From: Rhodospirillaceae bacterium
GTDB taxonomy: Bacteria; Pseudomonadota; Alphaproteobacteria; Reyranellales; JAQSWP01
Length of the DNA stretch: 57,496 bases
Reading direction: 5' to 3'
Assembly (NCBI GenBank): GCA_040255215.1
Contig: JBDZUM010000008.1
Coordinates: 1 to 57,496 of the forward strand
The number at the start of each line of letters is the position of its first letter. Within the stretch, counting starts at the first letter, position 1. Shown here piece after piece: positions 9,605-20,829 of this stretch. A model generated the notes under the pieces. The model was not told the origin of the DNA. It searched no databases and worked only from the letters and a program-made list of their open reading frames with translations. Made by a program: the position numbers and the translations under genes.

Positions 9605-10204
9605 ATGGCCGCCGCCCAGGACGCACTCGAACGCACCGACCTGTTCCTCTCGCAGAATCTGCCGCTGGCGCTGCGCCAGGTGGAACTGCGGCCGGTGGCC
9701 TTCGACGATAGCGCCTCGCACGCGGCACTCGACGAAATGTCGCTGGCTGCTATCGAGATCGCCTACGTCCACGGCAGCGCCGACGCGCTCTACCGCGTCG
9801 CCGCCTTCGATCGGCGGCTGGTCATGCAGGTGCAGCTCAATGCCTATCGCCTCGTCGTGCTCTACCGCGTGCCGATGGCGGCCGGCATCGACGTCGCCGG
9901 GCTGGAAGCGCGCTTCGGACGCTGGCAGAAGGGCGCGGCCCATGTCGGCTGGCAGATCGGCTGGCGCGACGCGGCCGACCCGTTCGAGCCGGCGACGCGC
10001 TACGTCGAAGTCTACGCCTACGCCATGCTGCCCGAGGATTTCCTGTGGAACGAGCTGCACCAGCTCTACTGGCGCACCGACATCGTGCAGATGACGCGCG
10101 CCTTCATGCTGGAGGCGCGGCGCTTCGACGTGGCGCTCGACGAGGCCGATGCCGTCAGACCGGCGGCACCATCAAGCCAAGGGCGGCGAGGCGCGGATCG
10201 ATGA
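9605..10204 (+). CDS. Hypothetical protein (199 aa)
   Basis: GGAG SD, host-like codon usage, globular composition; no family recognised. Confidence 0.75.
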   Translation: MAAAQDALERTDLFLSQNLPLALRQVELRPVAFDDSASHAALDEMSLAAIEIAYVHGSADALYRVAAFDRRLVMQVQLNAYRLVVLYRVPMAAGIDVAGLEARFGRWQKGAAHVGWQIGWRDAADPFEPATRYVEVYAYAMLPEDFLWNELHQLYWRTDIVQMTRAFMLEARRFDVALDEADAVRPAAPSSQGRRGADR

Positions 10205-10925
10205 GGGTGCGCCAGCGGCCAAGCAGCACGTCGTTGGGCTCGCGTCGCAACCCGTAGCGCCGGTAGAGCGCAAAGCGCTCGGACTCGCGATGGCCGAAGG
10301 TGGCGGCGGCGCGCGGATACCAATAGTCGAGCGCCGCCTGCGCCGGCGTCGACCGGCCGTCGCGCTGGATGGCCTGGCGCAGGAATTCCTCGGACAGCGC
10401 TGCCAGTTCCTCCTCCGCCTGCGCCATGCCGTCGATGGCGCCGGCCAGCGGCCGATAGGAGCTCTCCGCCAGATCGCCGAGCTGAATCGCCAGCGAGGCG
10501 CCGACCAACCAGTTGACCAGCAGCGCGTCGTGCCAGCTCTGCAGCGGGTAGTGGAAGACGTTGAGCCGCTTGTCGCCGGGGATGCGGCGCAGCCCGAGAT
10601 CGATGTCGCGCCCGATGCGCGCCTGCCAGGGATGGGTGCGCAGATAGAGATCGGGCACGACGCCGAACGGGCGCAGCAATTCGAGCAGCGCGCCGGCATG
10701 GCCCAGCTTGACGCCGACGATGCGAACCATCGCCTTGCGCTCGGGCAGGCTGGGGGCGCGATTGACGGCATCGGCGAAGCCGGCCGCCGCCGCCAGCCCG
10801 GAATCGACCAGCACGCTCATCACGCGCACGATCTCGCCGCGATAGGCGACCGACATGTCGTCGGGCCCCTCGATGTGGCCGCCCGAGGCGATATGCTCGA
10901 CCAGATTCTGTTCGTCGCGGGCCAT
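10155..10925 (-). CDS. PaaA/PaaC-like ferritin-fold protein with degenerate iron ligands
   Basis: RAPSL, VFHYPLQSW, SSYRPLA and YWYPRAAATFG match the PaaA_PaaC pattern; GGGAGG SD. Confidence 0.8.
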   Translation of the reverse strand: MARDEQNLVEHIASGGHIEGPDDMSVAYRGEIVRVMSVLVDSGLAAAAGFADAVNRAPSLPERKAMVRIVGVKLGHAGALLELLRPFGVVPDLYLRTHPWQARIGRDIDLGLRRIPGDKRLNVFHYPLQSWHDALLVNWLVGASLAIQLGDLAESSYRPLAGAIDGMAQAEEELAALSEEFLRQAIQRDGRSTPAQAALDYWYPRAAATFGHRESERFALYRRYGLRREPNDVLLGRWRTLIDPRLAALGLMVPPV

Positions 10926-11066
10926 GCGTTCCTCCCGAATTTCGGCATTCGGCGTGCCGATTTTTGGCGCATTTCCTGCCGGCATCATGGACTCGAAGCA
11001 GGCGGCGCGCTATCAGGAAACCGCCGGCGGCAGCTGCGTCGCCGGGCTGCACGAGCGCGCGAGGCG

Positions 11067-11513
11067 ATGGCCAATATTGTCATTCTGGTCGGCACCGAAT
11101 CGGGCAATGCCCAGATGGTGGCCGACGTCCTCAAGGACGAGCTGGAAGGCCAGGGCCACAGCGTCACGGTCAACGACCGGGCGCAGGCGGCGGACGACAT
11201 CGCCGGTCACGAGGTGGCGCTGATCTGCTGCTCGACGCATGGCAACGGCGACATTCCGAGCAACATCCTGCAGCTCGCCGAGACGCTGGACAGCGGCAAG
11301 CCCGATCTCTCGGCGCTGCGCTACGGCGTCATTGCGCTGGGCGACCAGACCTATTCCGAGACCTTCTGCTTCGGCGGCAAGAAGCTCGACGCCATCTTCG
11401 CCGCCTGCGGCGCGCAGAAGCTGGGCGAACGGCTGGAGATCGACGCCTGCACCCAGCCCCTGCCCGACGAGGAAGCGCTGCAATGGTCGAAGGAATGGGC
11501 CGGGCTGCTCTAA
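11067..11513 (+). CDS. Short-chain flavodoxin (MioC-like)
   Basis: GTESGNAQ FMN loop, STHGNGDIP, ALGDQTY...FC. Confidence 0.92.
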   Translation: MANIVILVGTESGNAQMVADVLKDELEGQGHSVTVNDRAQAADDIAGHEVALICCSTHGNGDIPSNILQLAETLDSGKPDLSALRYGVIALGDQTYSETFCFGGKKLDAIFAACGAQKLGERLEIDACTQPLPDEEALQWSKEWAGLL

Positions 11514-11645
11514 GCTTTCGCGGCTACGCGCAACGCAGCATGACTATGGCGGCGGCTTTCACAGGCTGAAAATTCGCCGTCCTTGCGCGCCCTCCGGCCC
11601 CGTCCTAGCCTGTCACCAAATCCGAAAAAGCCTGTGGAGGACACC

Positions 11646-13085
11646 ATGCCCGACGGCGATATCCTGATCGGCGGCGACTGGCGCCGCACCAGCGACGGCC
11701 AGACCCTGCCCGTATTCAATCCTTCCGACGGCAGCGAATTCGCCAAGATCGCGCGCGGCGGCGAACGCGACATCGATGCGGCGGTGAAGGAAGCGCACAA
11801 GGCGATGGACGGCGCCTGGGGCCGCATGCCGGCGGCCGAGCGCGGCCGGCTGATGAACAAGCTGGCCCTGAAGATCGCCGAGCACGCCGAGGAACTGTCG
11901 GTGCTGGAATGCAAGGACACCGGCAAGCCGCTGTCGCAGGGCAAGGCCGACGCCACCGCCCTGGCGCGCTATTTCGAATTCTACGGCGGCGCCGCCGACA
12001 AGGTGCATGGCGAGACCATTCCCTACCAGCCGGGCTACACGGTGATGACGATTCGCGAGCCGCACGGCGTCTGCGGCCAGATCATTCCGTGGAACTATCC
12101 GATGCAGATCTTCGGCCGCGCCGCCGCCGGCGCGCTGGCCATGGGCAACGCCATCGTCGTCAAGCCGGCGGAGGAAGCCTGCCTGTCGATCCTGCGCGTC
12201 GGGCAGCTGATGCTGGAGGTCGGCTTCCCGCCGGGCGCGGTCAATATCGTCCCCGGGCTGGGCGAGGAAGCGGGCGCGGCGCTCTCGGCGCATCCCGGCC
12301 TCGACCACATCTCCTTCACCGGCTCGCGCCAGGTCGGCACCTTGGTGCAGGCGGCGGCGGCCAAGTTTAACCGGCCGGTGACGATGGAGCTGGGCGGCAA
12401 GTCGCCCCAGGTCGTGTTCGCCGATGCCGATTTCGACGCCGCCCTGCCCTTCATCACCCGCGCCATCATCCAGAACGCCGGCCAGACCTGCTCCGCCGGC
12501 TCGCGCCTGCTGGTCGAGGACCGCGCCTACGACGAGTTCGTCGGCCGCGTCGCGGAGAAGTTCAAGGCGCTGCGCGCCGGTCCGTGGGATCGCGATCTCG
12601 ACGTCGGACCGCTGATCTCGAAGAAGCAGAAGGAACGGGTCGAGAAGTTCATCGGCGATGCCGGCAAGGACGGCATCAAGCTGCTGGCCTCGGGCGAGGT
12701 CGCCGCCAACGCGCCGTCGGGCGGCTACTACGTGCCGCCGCAGATTTTCGGCGACGTGCCGGTGACGCATCTGCTGGCGCAGGAGGAGGTGTTCGGCCCG
12801 GTGCTGGCCGCCATCCGCTTCAAGGACGAGGAGGACGCCGTCCGCATCGCCAACGCCACGCCCTACGGGCTGGTGGCCGGCATCTGGACGCGCGACGGCG
12901 CCAAGCAGATGCGGCTGGCGCGCAAGGTCAAGGCCGGCCAGATCTTCATCAACAATTACGGCGCCGGCGGCGGCATCGAGCTGCCGTTCGGCGGCTTCAA
13001 GGGTTCGGGCTTCGGCCGCGAAAAGGGCTTCGCCGCCCTGTTCGAGTTCTCGGCCATCAAGACCGTCGCCATCAATCACGGCTAA
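11646..13085 (+). CDS. Aldehyde dehydrogenase
   Basis: PWNYP, FTGS, MELGGKSP, NAGQTCSAGSR, EEVFGPV; GGAGG SD. Confidence 0.95.
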   Translation: MPDGDILIGGDWRRTSDGQTLPVFNPSDGSEFAKIARGGERDIDAAVKEAHKAMDGAWGRMPAAERGRLMNKLALKIAEHAEELSVLECKDTGKPLSQGKADATALARYFEFYGGAADKVHGETIPYQPGYTVMTIREPHGVCGQIIPWNYPMQIFGRAAAGALAMGNAIVVKPAEEACLSILRVGQLMLEVGFPPGAVNIVPGLGEEAGAALSAHPGLDHISFTGSRQVGTLVQAAAAKFNRPVTMELGGKSPQVVFADADFDAALPFITRAIIQNAGQTCSAGSRLLVEDRAYDEFVGRVAEKFKALRAGPWDRDLDVGPLISKKQKERVEKFIGDAGKDGIKLLASGEVAANAPSGGYYVPPQIFGDVPVTHLLAQEEVFGPVLAAIRFKDEEDAVRIANATPYGLVAGIWTRDGAKQMRLARKVKAGQIFINNYGAGGGIELPFGGFKGSGFGREKGFAALFEFSAIKTVAINHG

Positions 13086-13107
13086 TCGGAAAACGAGGAA
13101 ACGTCAC

Positions 13108-13863
13108 ATGCGTCTCAAGGGGAAGGTCGCGATCGTCACGGGGGCCGGCCAGGGCATCGGCGAGGGCATCGCCCGCAGCCTGGCCAAGGAAGGTGCGGCG
13201 GTCGTGATCAACGACATGAACGCGGAAACCGGCCCCAAGGTCGCCAAGTCGATCGTCGATGGCGGCGGCAAGGCGGTCTACGAAGGCGGCGACGTCTCGA
13301 CGCTGGCGGCCAACCAGAAGCTAGTGGAAGCGGCGAAGAAGAATTTCGGCCGGCTCGATGTGATGGTGTGCAACGCCGGCGTGGCGCACTGGAACAAGCC
13401 GATCCTCGACGTCACCGAGGAGGAGTTCGACAAGATCATGGCGGTGAACGTCAAGGGCCTGTTCCAGGCCGCGCGCGCCACCATCCCGGTGTTCGAGGCG
13501 CAGAAGAGCGGCAACATCATCGTCATCGCCTCGACCGCCGGCATCAGGCCGCGCCCCGGCCTGTGTTGGTACAACGCCTCGAAGGGTGCGGCGATCACGG
13601 CGACCAAGTCGATGGCGGCGGAGCTCGGCCCCAAGGGCATTCGCGTCAACGCCATCTGCCCGGTGGCAACCGAAACGCCGCTGCTGCCGCAGTTCATGGG
13701 CGGCGACAATGCCAACAACCGCGCCAAGTTCGAAAGCACCGTGCCGCTGGGCCGTCTCGCCCAGCCGCAAGATCATGCCAATGCCGCGGTGTTCCTGGCG
13801 TCCGAGGAATCGAGCTTCATCACCGGCGTGGCGCTCGAGGTCGACGGCGGCCGCTGCATCTGA
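13108..13863 (+). CDS. SDR oxidoreductase
   Basis: TGAGQGIG, CNAG, YNASK. Confidence 0.92.
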   Translation: MRLKGKVAIVTGAGQGIGEGIARSLAKEGAAVVINDMNAETGPKVAKSIVDGGGKAVYEGGDVSTLAANQKLVEAAKKNFGRLDVMVCNAGVAHWNKPILDVTEEEFDKIMAVNVKGLFQAARATIPVFEAQKSGNIIVIASTAGIRPRPGLCWYNASKGAAITATKSMAAELGPKGIRVNAICPVATETPLLPQFMGGDNANNRAKFESTVPLGRLAQPQDHANAAVFLASEESSFITGVALEVDGGRCI

Positions 13864-13865
13864 GG

Positions 13866-14264
13866 CTACTTGCGCAGCGGATCCTCGCCGGGTGCGGGGC
13901 CGCCCGGCGGATCGGCCGGCGCCATCGTCGCCCAGTTTCGTCCCGCGCCGGTGGGACGCTGCGGCGCCTCCTCGCGATTGCGCAACATGAAGGCCTTGGC
14001 CAGCATGAAGGCGGTGACCGGCGCGGTCAGAAACAGGAACAGCGTGATCAGCAGTTCGTGCAGCGATAGCGTGCCCTGCACCAGCATGAAATAGGCCAGC
14101 GACGCCAGCAGCAGCGCGCCGATCCCCAGCGTCGTCGATTTGGTCGGCGCGTGCAGCCGGCGCATCAGGTCGGGCAGCTTCGCCAGCCCGTAGGATCCGA
14201 CCAGCAGGAAGAAAGCGCCGATCAGGATCAGCGCCGACACCAGGATTTCGACGGCGAGCTGCAT
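13866..14264 (-). CDS. phaG: Cation/H+ antiporter subunit G
   Basis: RLHAPTKSTTLG, LTAPV; last gene of the operon. Confidence 0.92.
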   Translation of the reverse strand: MQLAVEILVSALILIGAFFLLVGSYGLAKLPDLMRRLHAPTKSTTLGIGALLLASLAYFMLVQGTLSLHELLITLFLFLTAPVTAFMLAKAFMLRNREEAPQRPTGAGRNWATMAPADPPGGPAPGEDPLRK

Positions 14265-14271
14265 GCCGGGC

Positions 14272-14541
14272 CTACTCGATCACGTTGCCGCGCAGGCGGA
14301 ACTTGCAGAAGGCGACAGTTGAGAGAAATCCGACCATGGCGAACAGCATCGCCGCCTCGAAATACATGCCGGTGCCGTACCAGATGCCGAGCAACACGAT
14401 CAGCGCGATGGCGTTGATCGCCAAGGTGTCCAGCGCGAGCACGCGGTCGGCGAGATCGGGACCGCGGGCCAGCCGGTAGACGCTGAGGGCGACGGCGAGC
14501 GAGACGGTAATGATGGCGACAAAGCAGGCGGTGGCGATCAT
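14272..14541 (-). CDS. phaF: Cation/H+ antiporter subunit F
   Basis: GPDLADRVLALDTL. Confidence 0.92.
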   Translation of the reverse strand: MIATACFVAIITVSLAVALSVYRLARGPDLADRVLALDTLAINAIALIVLLGIWYGTGMYFEAAMLFAMVGFLSTVAFCKFRLRGNVIE

Positions 14542-15029
14542 TCGAATATCTCCATCAGGCGCTTCTCGTAACGCGACTTGATCGAGGCGACGACCTCATC
14601 GGGACTGTCGGCATCGAGGCAGTGGACCAGCAGCGAACGGCCATCCGACGACAGATCGGCGCTGACCGTGCCGGGCGTCATGGTGATGGTGCCGGCCAGC
14701 ACCGCGATGGCCTCCGGCGTGCGCAACTCCAGCGGAATCTCGACGAAGTGCGAGCGCAGCCGGTCGTTGCGGCGGAACAGGACGATCATGGCGACCTGCA
14801 CGTTGGCGACGACGATGTCGTAGAGCACGATGATGCCGTAGGAGACGATCGCCGGCAGATTGCGCACGCGCGGCCGGTCGGGCCAGTAGCGCGCCGTCAG
14901 CAGCGGCACGACGATGCCGATGGCGGCACCCAGCACCACGTGACCCATCGAGAGATCGTTGACCAGCAGCAGCCAGACGAGCAGCAGCATCAGGCTGAGC
15001 AGCGGATGGGGAAAGGTCCGGCGCAGCAT
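14538..15029 (-). CDS. phaE: Cation/H+ antiporter subunit E
   Basis: MLRRTFPHP start; TITMTPGT, LLVHCLD. Confidence 0.92.
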   Translation of the reverse strand: MLRRTFPHPLLSLMLLLVWLLLVNDLSMGHVVLGAAIGIVVPLLTARYWPDRPRVRNLPAIVSYGIIVLYDIVVANVQVAMIVLFRRNDRLRSHFVEIPLELRTPEAIAVLAGTITMTPGTVSADLSSDGRSLLVHCLDADSPDEVVASIKSRYEKRLMEIFE

Positions 15030-15034
15030 GGCCC

Positions 15035-16561
15035 TCACCTCGCCTTGTCGCCGGCGCCGAGCACGGCGTCGACATAGCCCTGCACGTCGGCGATCTGCGC
15101 CGCGGCGGCATCGAAATACCTTGCCGCCGGCCCCGCGAAGCCCGACAACGCGGCTGGCAGCAGCAGCAGGGCGAGAAGCGGCAGCGCGGTTCGCCGCAGC
15201 GCCGGGATTGGCGTAGGCGATGACGCATTGCCCGCAGCGCCCGCCACGGCGACGGCCTCCGATTTCCAGAACAGCAGGCTGCCGGCGCGGGCGAAAGCGA
15301 TGATCGTCACCAGGCTGGTGGCGAGAATGAAGCCCCAGATCCACACCGCGAGCGGGCCGCGCGTGGCGTCGAGGATCAGCAGCTTGCCGACGAAACCGGA
15401 CAGCGGCGGCAGGCCGCACATGGCGATGGCGGCGAGGAAGAAGGCGGCGGAAAGCGGCGTCGACTGGGTCGGCGGCGAGGCCAGCACCAGCGCATCGCCG
15501 TGACCCGCCCGGCGCTGGGCGATGGCGTCGGCGATCAGGAACAGGGCGGCGCCAGCGACGGTCGAATGCGCCGCGTAGTAGAGCGCCGCCGCCATGGCGC
15601 CGGGATCGAACATGCCGATCGCCACCAGCAGCGAGCCCATCGACCAGACGACGGCAAACGCCGCCAGATCGCCCAGTCGTCGCGTCGCCAGCGCGCCCAG
15701 CGCGCCGATCGCCATGCTGACCAGCGCCGCGCCGACGATCCACGGCGCGGCTGCGGCGGCCGCGTCGCCGAACATCATGTAATGGACGCGGATGATGGCG
15801 TAGGCGCCGACCTTGGTCATGATGGCGAACAGCGCGGCAACGGGCGGCGAGGCAGCCCCGTACGCCGTCGGCAGCCACCAGTGCAGCGGCACCAGCGCCG
15901 CCTTCAGCGCGAACACCAGCAGCAGCATGAAGATGCCGGCGCTGAGCAGGGCAGCATCGCCTTCGCCCACCTGAGCGACCTTGACGGCGAGATCGGCCAT
16001 GTTGAGCGTGCCGGTGACGGCATAGATCAGGCCAACGGCAAAGAGGAAAAGCGTCGAGCCGATCAGGTTGATGGCGACGTACTGGAAGCCGGCGCGCAGC
16101 CGCCGACCGCCGCCGCCATGCAGCATCAGCCCGTAGGAGGCGATCAGCATGACCTCGAAGAACACGAACAGGTTGAAGACGTCGCCGGTCAGGAAGGCGC
16201 CGCCGATGCCCATGAGCTGGAATTGGAACAGGGCGTGGAAATGCCGGCCGCGCGTGTCCCAGCCGCCGCTGGCGTAGATCGACACCACGAGCCCCAAGGC
16301 CGCCGTAAGCGCCAGCATCATCGCCGACAGCCGGTCCAGCACCAGGATGATGCCGAACGGCGCCGGCCAGTCGCCGACCGCGTAGGGCCGCGTCGTGCCG
16401 TCGTCGGCCAGCACCACCAGGCCGATCGCCACGGCGAGCAGAGCCACGGTCGAGGCGATCGACACCAGGCGCTGGCGCAGCAGATCGTGGCGCAACGCCA
16501 GAACGAGGAACGCCGCCGTCAGCGCCGGCAGGACGATGGGGACGATGATCCAGTGATTCAT
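15035..16561 (-). CDS. phaD: Cation/H+ antiporter subunit D
   Basis: GDWPAPFGI, TGDVFNLFVFFEVML, WLP, TKVG. Confidence 0.95.
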   Translation of the reverse strand: MNHWIIVPIVLPALTAAFLVLALRHDLLRQRLVSIASTVALLAVAIGLVVLADDGTTRPYAVGDWPAPFGIILVLDRLSAMMLALTAALGLVVSIYASGGWDTRGRHFHALFQFQLMGIGGAFLTGDVFNLFVFFEVMLIASYGLMLHGGGGRRLRAGFQYVAINLIGSTLFLFAVGLIYAVTGTLNMADLAVKVAQVGEGDAALLSAGIFMLLLVFALKAALVPLHWWLPTAYGAASPPVAALFAIMTKVGAYAIIRVHYMMFGDAAAAAAPWIVGAALVSMAIGALGALATRRLGDLAAFAVVWSMGSLLVAIGMFDPGAMAAALYYAAHSTVAGAALFLIADAIAQRRAGHGDALVLASPPTQSTPLSAAFFLAAIAMCGLPPLSGFVGKLLILDATRGPLAVWIWGFILATSLVTIIAFARAGSLLFWKSEAVAVAGAAGNASSPTPIPALRRTALPLLALLLLPAALSGFAGPAARYFDAAAAQIADVQGYVDAVLGAGDKAR

Positions 16562-16929
16562 GGCCGCTCCGCTCCCGGGCTTTCGCCCTCGGGCGGCGCC
16601 TCGACCAGCGACGGCGCGGCCACCGTGTCGTCGCCGGTTTCGAGGAAGGCGCGCAGCGCCAGCACGACGATCAGCGCCGTCATGCCGAAGGAAATCACGA
16701 TGGCGGTCAGCACCAGGGCCTGCGGCAGCGGATCGGTGTAGGCCGCCGCGTCGGGGCTGATGATCGGCGGCTTGTCGATGGCCAGCCGGCCGGTGACGAA
16801 GAGGAACAGGTTGACCGCATAGGTCAGGAACGCCAGGCCGACGATGACCGGGAAGGTCTGGCCGCGCAGGGTCAGGTAGATGCCGGTGGCGGTCAGGGCG
16901 CCGATGGCGGTGGCGACGAGAAATTCCAT
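16558..16929 (-). CDS. phaC: Cation/H+ antiporter subunit C
   Basis: DPLPQALVLTAIVI. Confidence 0.95.
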   Translation of the reverse strand: MEFLVATAIGALTATGIYLTLRGQTFPVIVGLAFLTYAVNLFLFVTGRLAIDKPPIISPDAAAYTDPLPQALVLTAIVISFGMTALIVVLALRAFLETGDDTVAAPSLVEAPPEGESPGAERP

Positions 16930-16939
16930 GGTTCGCCCC

Positions 16940-19798
<2,859 letters not shown>

Positions 19799-19867
19799 GG
19801 CAGGGCTTGTCCGCTTCCTCGACTGATGATGGACGACGATGGCCGCGAGCGGCGGCCGGTTGACGCT

Positions 19868-19898
19868 AAAACGCCCGGGCCAGCGATGGCCCGGGCGT
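19868..19898 (-). terminator. Rho-independent terminator after yccA
   Basis: ACGCCCGGGCCA/TGGCCCGGGCGT stem then a T run on the minus strand. Confidence 0.75.
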
Positions 19899-19929
19899 CT
19901 GCCGGAACCCTATGGGTTGAGGGTTCGAA

Positions 19930-20685
19930 CTATTCCCTGTTGCCGAGGAACATCAGCAGGAACTGGAACAGGTTGATGAAGTTCAGGTACAGCGCCAGGG
20001 CGGCCATGATGGCGACCTTGGTCTGCGCCGTGCCGTCCCAGTTGGCGGCATACTGCTCCTTGATGCGCTGCGTGTCGTAGGCGATCAGGCCGGAGAAGAT
20101 CAGCACGCCGAGCCCCGAGATGACGAACAGCATCATCTCGCTCTGCAGGAAGATGTTGACGATCATGGCGATGACCAGCCCGATCAGGCCCATGATCAGG
20201 AAGCTGCCGAACGCCGACAGGCTGCGCTTGGTCGTGTAGCCGTACAGGCTCAGCCCGGCGAAGGCGGCGGCGGTGATGAAAAACACCCGCACCACGCTCT
20301 CGCCCGTGTAACGATAGAGCAGGATCGACAGGCCGATGCCCTGCAGCGCCACGAAGCCCCAGTAGAAGGCCTGCGCCATGCCCGCGGACATGCGGTTGTA
20401 AGTGAACATCGCCAGGAACAGCAGGCCGAGCGGCGCGAACATGCCGACCATGCCCAGCATGGTGAAGCCCATACGGCCGGTCTGCGGATTGATGCCGTAG
20501 AACAGCGAATTGATGTTCGGCACCGTGTAGATCAGCAGAGCCACGATGCCGCTCACCGCCAGGCCCGAGGCCATGTAGTTGTAGACGGTGAGCATGTGCT
20601 TGCGCAGGCCGGCATCGAACGTCGCCTGGTCGGCCGGGCGCGCGATGGTGCCTTGCGCGTTCAAGCGGGTGAAATTGTCAGCCAT
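19930..20685 (-). CDS. Bax inhibitor-1/YccA family membrane protein
   Basis: DAGLRKHMLTVYNYM, YGYTTKR, AYDTQRIK, ALALYLNFINLF. Confidence 0.93.
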   Translation of the reverse strand: MADNFTRLNAQGTIARPADQATFDAGLRKHMLTVYNYMASGLAVSGIVALLIYTVPNINSLFYGINPQTGRMGFTMLGMVGMFAPLGLLFLAMFTYNRMSAGMAQAFYWGFVALQGIGLSILLYRYTGESVVRVFFITAAAFAGLSLYGYTTKRSLSAFGSFLIMGLIGLVIAMIVNIFLQSEMMLFVISGLGVLIFSGLIAYDTQRIKEQYAANWDGTAQTKVAIMAALALYLNFINLFQFLLMFLGNRE

Positions 20686-20724
20686 GTTGCGGTCAGCCTC
20701 CGGTTGGATATTTTTCTGCCTCCA

Positions 20725-20753
20725 ATATTGGGGCATTTCGCCCCGGTTTCAAC
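20725..20753 (-). promoter_or_regulatory. Candidate RpoH (sigma32) promoter of yccA
   Basis: GTTGAAA-N13-CCCCAATAT on the minus strand resembles CTTGAA...CCCCATNT. Confidence 0.5.
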
Positions 20754-20829
20754 TGGTTGGCGGACAAAATCGACGCGGCAGGCGATTTCGCACCTGCCGT
20801 GAAACGCAAGGATTCAAAAGCGGTTAGCG

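Noticed and set aside
19799-19929. Possible Na+/Li+ riboswitch before phaA
   Set aside because: The spacer is short, mostly the yccA terminator, and I recognised no riboswitch motif; an Rfam scan would settle it
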